Of a DNA stretch of 64,000 bases, positions 60,077 through 64,000 are shown in pieces; within the stretch, counting starts at the first letter, position 1; each line of letters starts with the position of its first letter. Below the pieces are notes generated by a model, which was not told the origin of the DNA, ran no database searches, and saw only the letters and a program-made list of their open reading frames with translations. Origin of the DNA: Eledone cirrhosa (taxonomy: Eukaryota); the NCBI GenBank assembly GCA_964016885.1, contig OZ024751.1, forward strand, positions 48,546,001 to 48,610,000. The letters are read 5' to 3'. The position numbers and the translations under genes are program-made.

Positions 60077-60216
60077 TATATATATATATATGTGAATATA
60101 GACATAGAATATTCGAAAATATTCTGTATGTTTATAATAAACATTTTGAAGACCTAATCGCTATAGAATAGAATACGTCACGTATTACAATTAGATTCTC
60201 GATAAAAGCAAGGGAA

Positions 60217-62119
60217 GTAATCTACGCGTTTCATTCTTGTTAGAAATCATCAGGACTACATATCCAGTGCTTTTATCGAGAATGACACAGCTAGAGACTT
60301 ATAGAATACTTAGCTGTGTACAGGAACTGGTTTGAAAGAGCGGTTGCCGGTCCGGCAGAAATTAGAAATTGGAATAAATGCTCTGAAATAGCGATATATA
60401 TGTGAATATAGACATAGAATATTCGAAAATATTCTGTATGTTTATAATAAACATTTTGAAGACCTAATCGCTATAGAATAGAATACGTCACGTATTACAA
60501 TTAGATTCTCGATAAAAGCAAGGGAAGTAATCTACGCGTTTCATTCTTGTTAGAAATCATCAGGACTACATATCCAGTGCTTTTATCGAGAATGACACAG
60601 CTAGAGACTTATAGAATACTTAGCTGTGTACAGGAACTGGTTTGAAAGAGCGGTTGCCGGTCCGGCAGAAATTAGAAATTGGAATAAATGCTCTGAAATA
60701 GCGATATATATGTGAATATAGACATAGAATATTCGAAAATATTCTGTATGTTTATAATAAACATTTTGAAGACCTAATCGCTATAGAATAGAATACGTCA
60801 CGTATTACAATTAGATTCTCGATAAAAGCAAGGGAAGTAATCTACGCGTTTCATTCTTGTTAGAAATCATCAGGACTACATATCCAGTGCTTTTATCGAG
60901 AATGACACAGCTAGAGACTTATAGAATACTTAGCTGTGTACAGGAACTGGTTTGAAAGAGCGGTTGCCGGTCCGGCAGAAATTAGAAATTGGAATAAATG
61001 CTCTGAAATAGCGATATATATGTGAATATAGACATAGAATATTCGAAAATATTCTGTATGTTTATAATAAACATTTTGAAGACCTAATCGCTATAGAATA
61101 GAATACGTCACGTATTACAATTAGATTCTCGATAAAAGCAAGGGAAGTAATCTACGCGTTTCATTCTTGTTAGAAATCATCAGGACTACATATCCAGTGC
61201 TTTTATCGAGAATGACACAGCTAGAGACTTATAGAATACTTAGCTGTGTACAGGAACTGGTTTGAAAGAGCGGTTGCCGGTCCGGCAGAAATTAGAAATT
61301 GGAATAAATGCTCTGAAATAGCGATATATATGTGAATATAGACATAGAATATTCGAAAATATTCTGTATGTTTATAATAAACATTTTGAAGACCTAATCG
61401 CTATAGAATAGAATACGTCACGTATTACAATTAGATTCTCGATAAAAGCAAGGGAAGTAATCTACGCGTTTCATTCTTGTTAGAAATCATCAGGACTACA
61501 TATCCAGTGCTTTTATCGAGAATGACACAGCTAGAGACTTATAGAATACTTAGCTGTGTACAGGAACTGGTTTGAAAGAGCGGTTGCCGGTCCGGCAGAA
61601 ATTAGAAATTGGAATAAATGCTCTGAAATAGCGATATATATGTGAATATAGACATAGAATATTCGAAAATATTCTGTATGTTTATAATAAACATTTTGAA
61701 GACCTAATCGCTATAGAATAGAATACGTCACGTATTACAATTAGATTCTCGATAAAAGCAAGGGAAGTAATCTACGCGTTTCATTCTTGTTAGAAATCAT
61801 CAGGACTACATATCCAGTGCTTTTATCGAGAATGACACAGCTAGAGACTTATAGAATACTTAGCTGTGTACAGGAACTGGTTTGAAAGAGCGGTTGCCGG
61901 TCCGGCAGAAATTAGAAATTGGAATAAATGCTCTGAAATAGCGATATATATGTGAATATAGACATAGAATATTCGAAAATATTCTGTATGTTTATAATAA
62001 ACATTTTGAAGACCTAATCGCTATAGAATAGAATACGTCACGTATTACAATTAGATTCTCGATAAAAGCAAGGGAAGTAATCTACGCGTTTCATTCTTGT
62101 TAGAAATCATCAGGACTAC
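60217..62119 (-). ncRNA. Seven type I HHRs (43 nt each) starting at 60217, 60527, 60837, 61147, 61457, 61767 and 62077
   Basis: Reverse complement of GTAGTC-CTGATGA-T[TTCT aaca AGAA]T-GAAA-CGCG-TA-GATTAC. Confidence 0.93.
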
Positions 62120-62538
62120 ATATCCAGTGCTTTTATCGAGAATGACACAGCTAGAGACTTATAGAATACTTAGCTGTGTACAGGAACTGGTTTGAAAGAG
62201 CGGTTGCCGGTCCGGCAGAAATTAGAAATTGGAATAAATGCTCTGAAATAGCGATATATATGTGAATATAGACATAGAATATTCGAAAATATTCTGTATG
62301 TTTATAATAAACATTTTAAAGACCTAATCGCTAGGTCTTCAAAATGTTTATTATAAACATACAGAATATTTTCGAATATTCTATGTCTATATTCACATAT
62401 ATATCGCTATTTCAGAGCATTTATTCCAATTTCTAATTTCTGCCGGACCGGCAACCGCTCTTTCAAACCAGTTCCTGTACACAGCTAAGTATTCTATAAG
62501 TCTCTAGCTGTGTCATTCTCGATAAAAGCACTGGATAT

Positions 62539-63511
62539 GTAGTCCTGATGATTTCTAACAAGAATGAAACGCGTAGATTACTTCCCTTGCTTTTATCGAG
62601 AATCTAATTGTAATACGTGACGTATTCTATTCTATAGCGATTAGGTCTTCAAAATGTTTATTATAAACATACAGAATATTTTCGAATATTCTATGTCTAT
62701 ATTCACATATATATCGCTATTTCAGAGCATTTATTCCAATTTCTAATTTCTGCCGGACCGGCAACCGCTCTTTCAAACCAGTTCCTGTACACAGCTAAGT
62801 ATTCTATAAGTCTCTAGCTGTGTCATTCTCGATAAAAGCACTGGATATGTAGTCCTGATGATTTCTAACAAGAATGAAACGCGTAGATTACTTCCCTTGC
62901 TTTTATCGAGAATCTAATTGTAATACGTGACGTATTCTATTCTATAGCGATTAGGTCTTCAAAATGTTTATTATAAACATACAGAATATTTTCGAATATT
63001 CTATGTCTATATTCACATATATATCGCTATTTCAGAGCATTTATTCCAATTTCTAATTTCTGCCGGACCGGCAACCGCTCTTTCAAACCAGTTCCTGTAC
63101 ACAGCTAAGTATTCTATAAGTCTCTAGCTGTGTCATTCTCGATAAAAGCACTGGATATGTAGTCCTGATGATTTCTAACAAGAATGAAACGCGTAGATTA
63201 CTTCCCTTGCTTTTATCGAGAATCTAATTGTAATACGTGACGTATTCTATTCTATAGCGATTAGGTCTTCAAAATGTTTATTATAAACATACAGAATATT
63301 TTCGAATATTCTATGTCTATATTCACATATATATCGCTATTTCAGAGCATTTATTCCAATTTCTAATTTCTGCCGGACCGGCAACCGCTCTTTCAAACCA
63401 GTTCCTGTACACAGCTAAGTATTCTATAAGTCTCTAGCTGTGTCATTCTCGATAAAAGCACTGGATATGTAGTCCTGATGATTTCTAACAAGAATGAAAC
63501 GCGTAGATTAC
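62539..63511 (+). ncRNA. Four type I HHRs (43 nt each) starting at 62539, 62849, 63159 and 63469
   Basis: GTAGTC-CTGATGA-T[TTCT aaca AGAA]T-GAAA-CGCG-TA-GATTAC. Predicted cleavage after GUA (62575 in the first copy). Stem I is extended by the 16-bp helix ATTCTCGATAAAAGCA/TGCTTTTATCGAGAAT. Confidence 0.93.
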
Positions 63512-63668
63512 TTCCCTTGCTTTTATCGAGAATCTAATTGCAATACGTGACGTATTCTATTCTATAGCGATTAGGTCTTCAAAATGTTTATTATAAACAT
63601 ACAGAATATTTTCGAATATTCTATGTCTATATTCACATATATATCGCTATTTCAGAGCATTTATTCCA

Positions 63669-63712
<44 letters not shown>

Positions 63713-64000
63713 CGAAGGAAGTGTTGTAAGGAAAGAGGTGGACGATAACGCACGCACCAGAGTACTCGATACTATGTGTAGTAGAGATAGCTGCCGAAAC
63801 GCCCGCAGCTCAGCCTATATATATACAAGTAAAAATCTAAGCAGAAGAGTTACATGAAAATCTGAGCAAAACGGACAACCGGACAGATGAACTTTTCAAC
63901 GACTTTCCGCTAGATATCACAACGATATATATATATATATATATATATATTCTTTGCTTAAACTTTAATCTGTTATTTTAATATATATATATATATATAT

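Larger units (their letters stand above)
60083..63672. mobile_element. 310-bp tandem array with one hammerhead per unit and a central inversion (retrozyme-like)
   Basis: TGTGAATATA recurs every 310 bp from 60091 to 62261. Orientation flips at 62332-62333. About 7.25 + 4.3 units, with only two substitutions spotted (62318, 63541). (TA)n on both sides. Confidence 0.95.

Noticed and set aside
60083-63672. CRISPR array or ordinary satellite interpretation
   Set aside because: Units are identical with no variable spacers and there are no cas genes. The per-unit ribozyme and TA-bounded inversion fit a retro-derived array better than a plain satellite.

Overview
This is AT-rich, microsatellite-saturated eukaryotic non-coding DNA. 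The (TA)n density and the SINE content suggest an octopus or other cephalopod genome (inference). No intact host gene is visible, and nearly all ORF-track entries are translations of microsatellites. The window is a mosaic of (TA)n tracts carrying many tRNA-derived SINEs, two 5'-truncated Penelope-like retroelements (PLEs) with GIY-YIG endonucleases, RTE LINE pieces including a complete bipartite non-autonomous RTE with a 12-bp TSD, a decayed hAT-like transposase and a Helitron/Helentron-like element. The main signal is hammerhead ribozymes (HHRs): about 30 HHR or HHR-like motifs from roughly ten unrelated short repeat families, most in (TA)n and often as fold-back pairs. The strongest case is a near-identical 310-bp head-to-tail array at 60083-63672 (about 7.25 copies inverted against about 4.3) with one canonical type I HHR per unit, 11 in total, resembling a retrozyme/circular-RNA-derived insertion. 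Three families carry a U3:A8 core variant, and many fold-back or truncation points fall in the ribozyme hairpins. All structures were read by eye; none was tested computationally.
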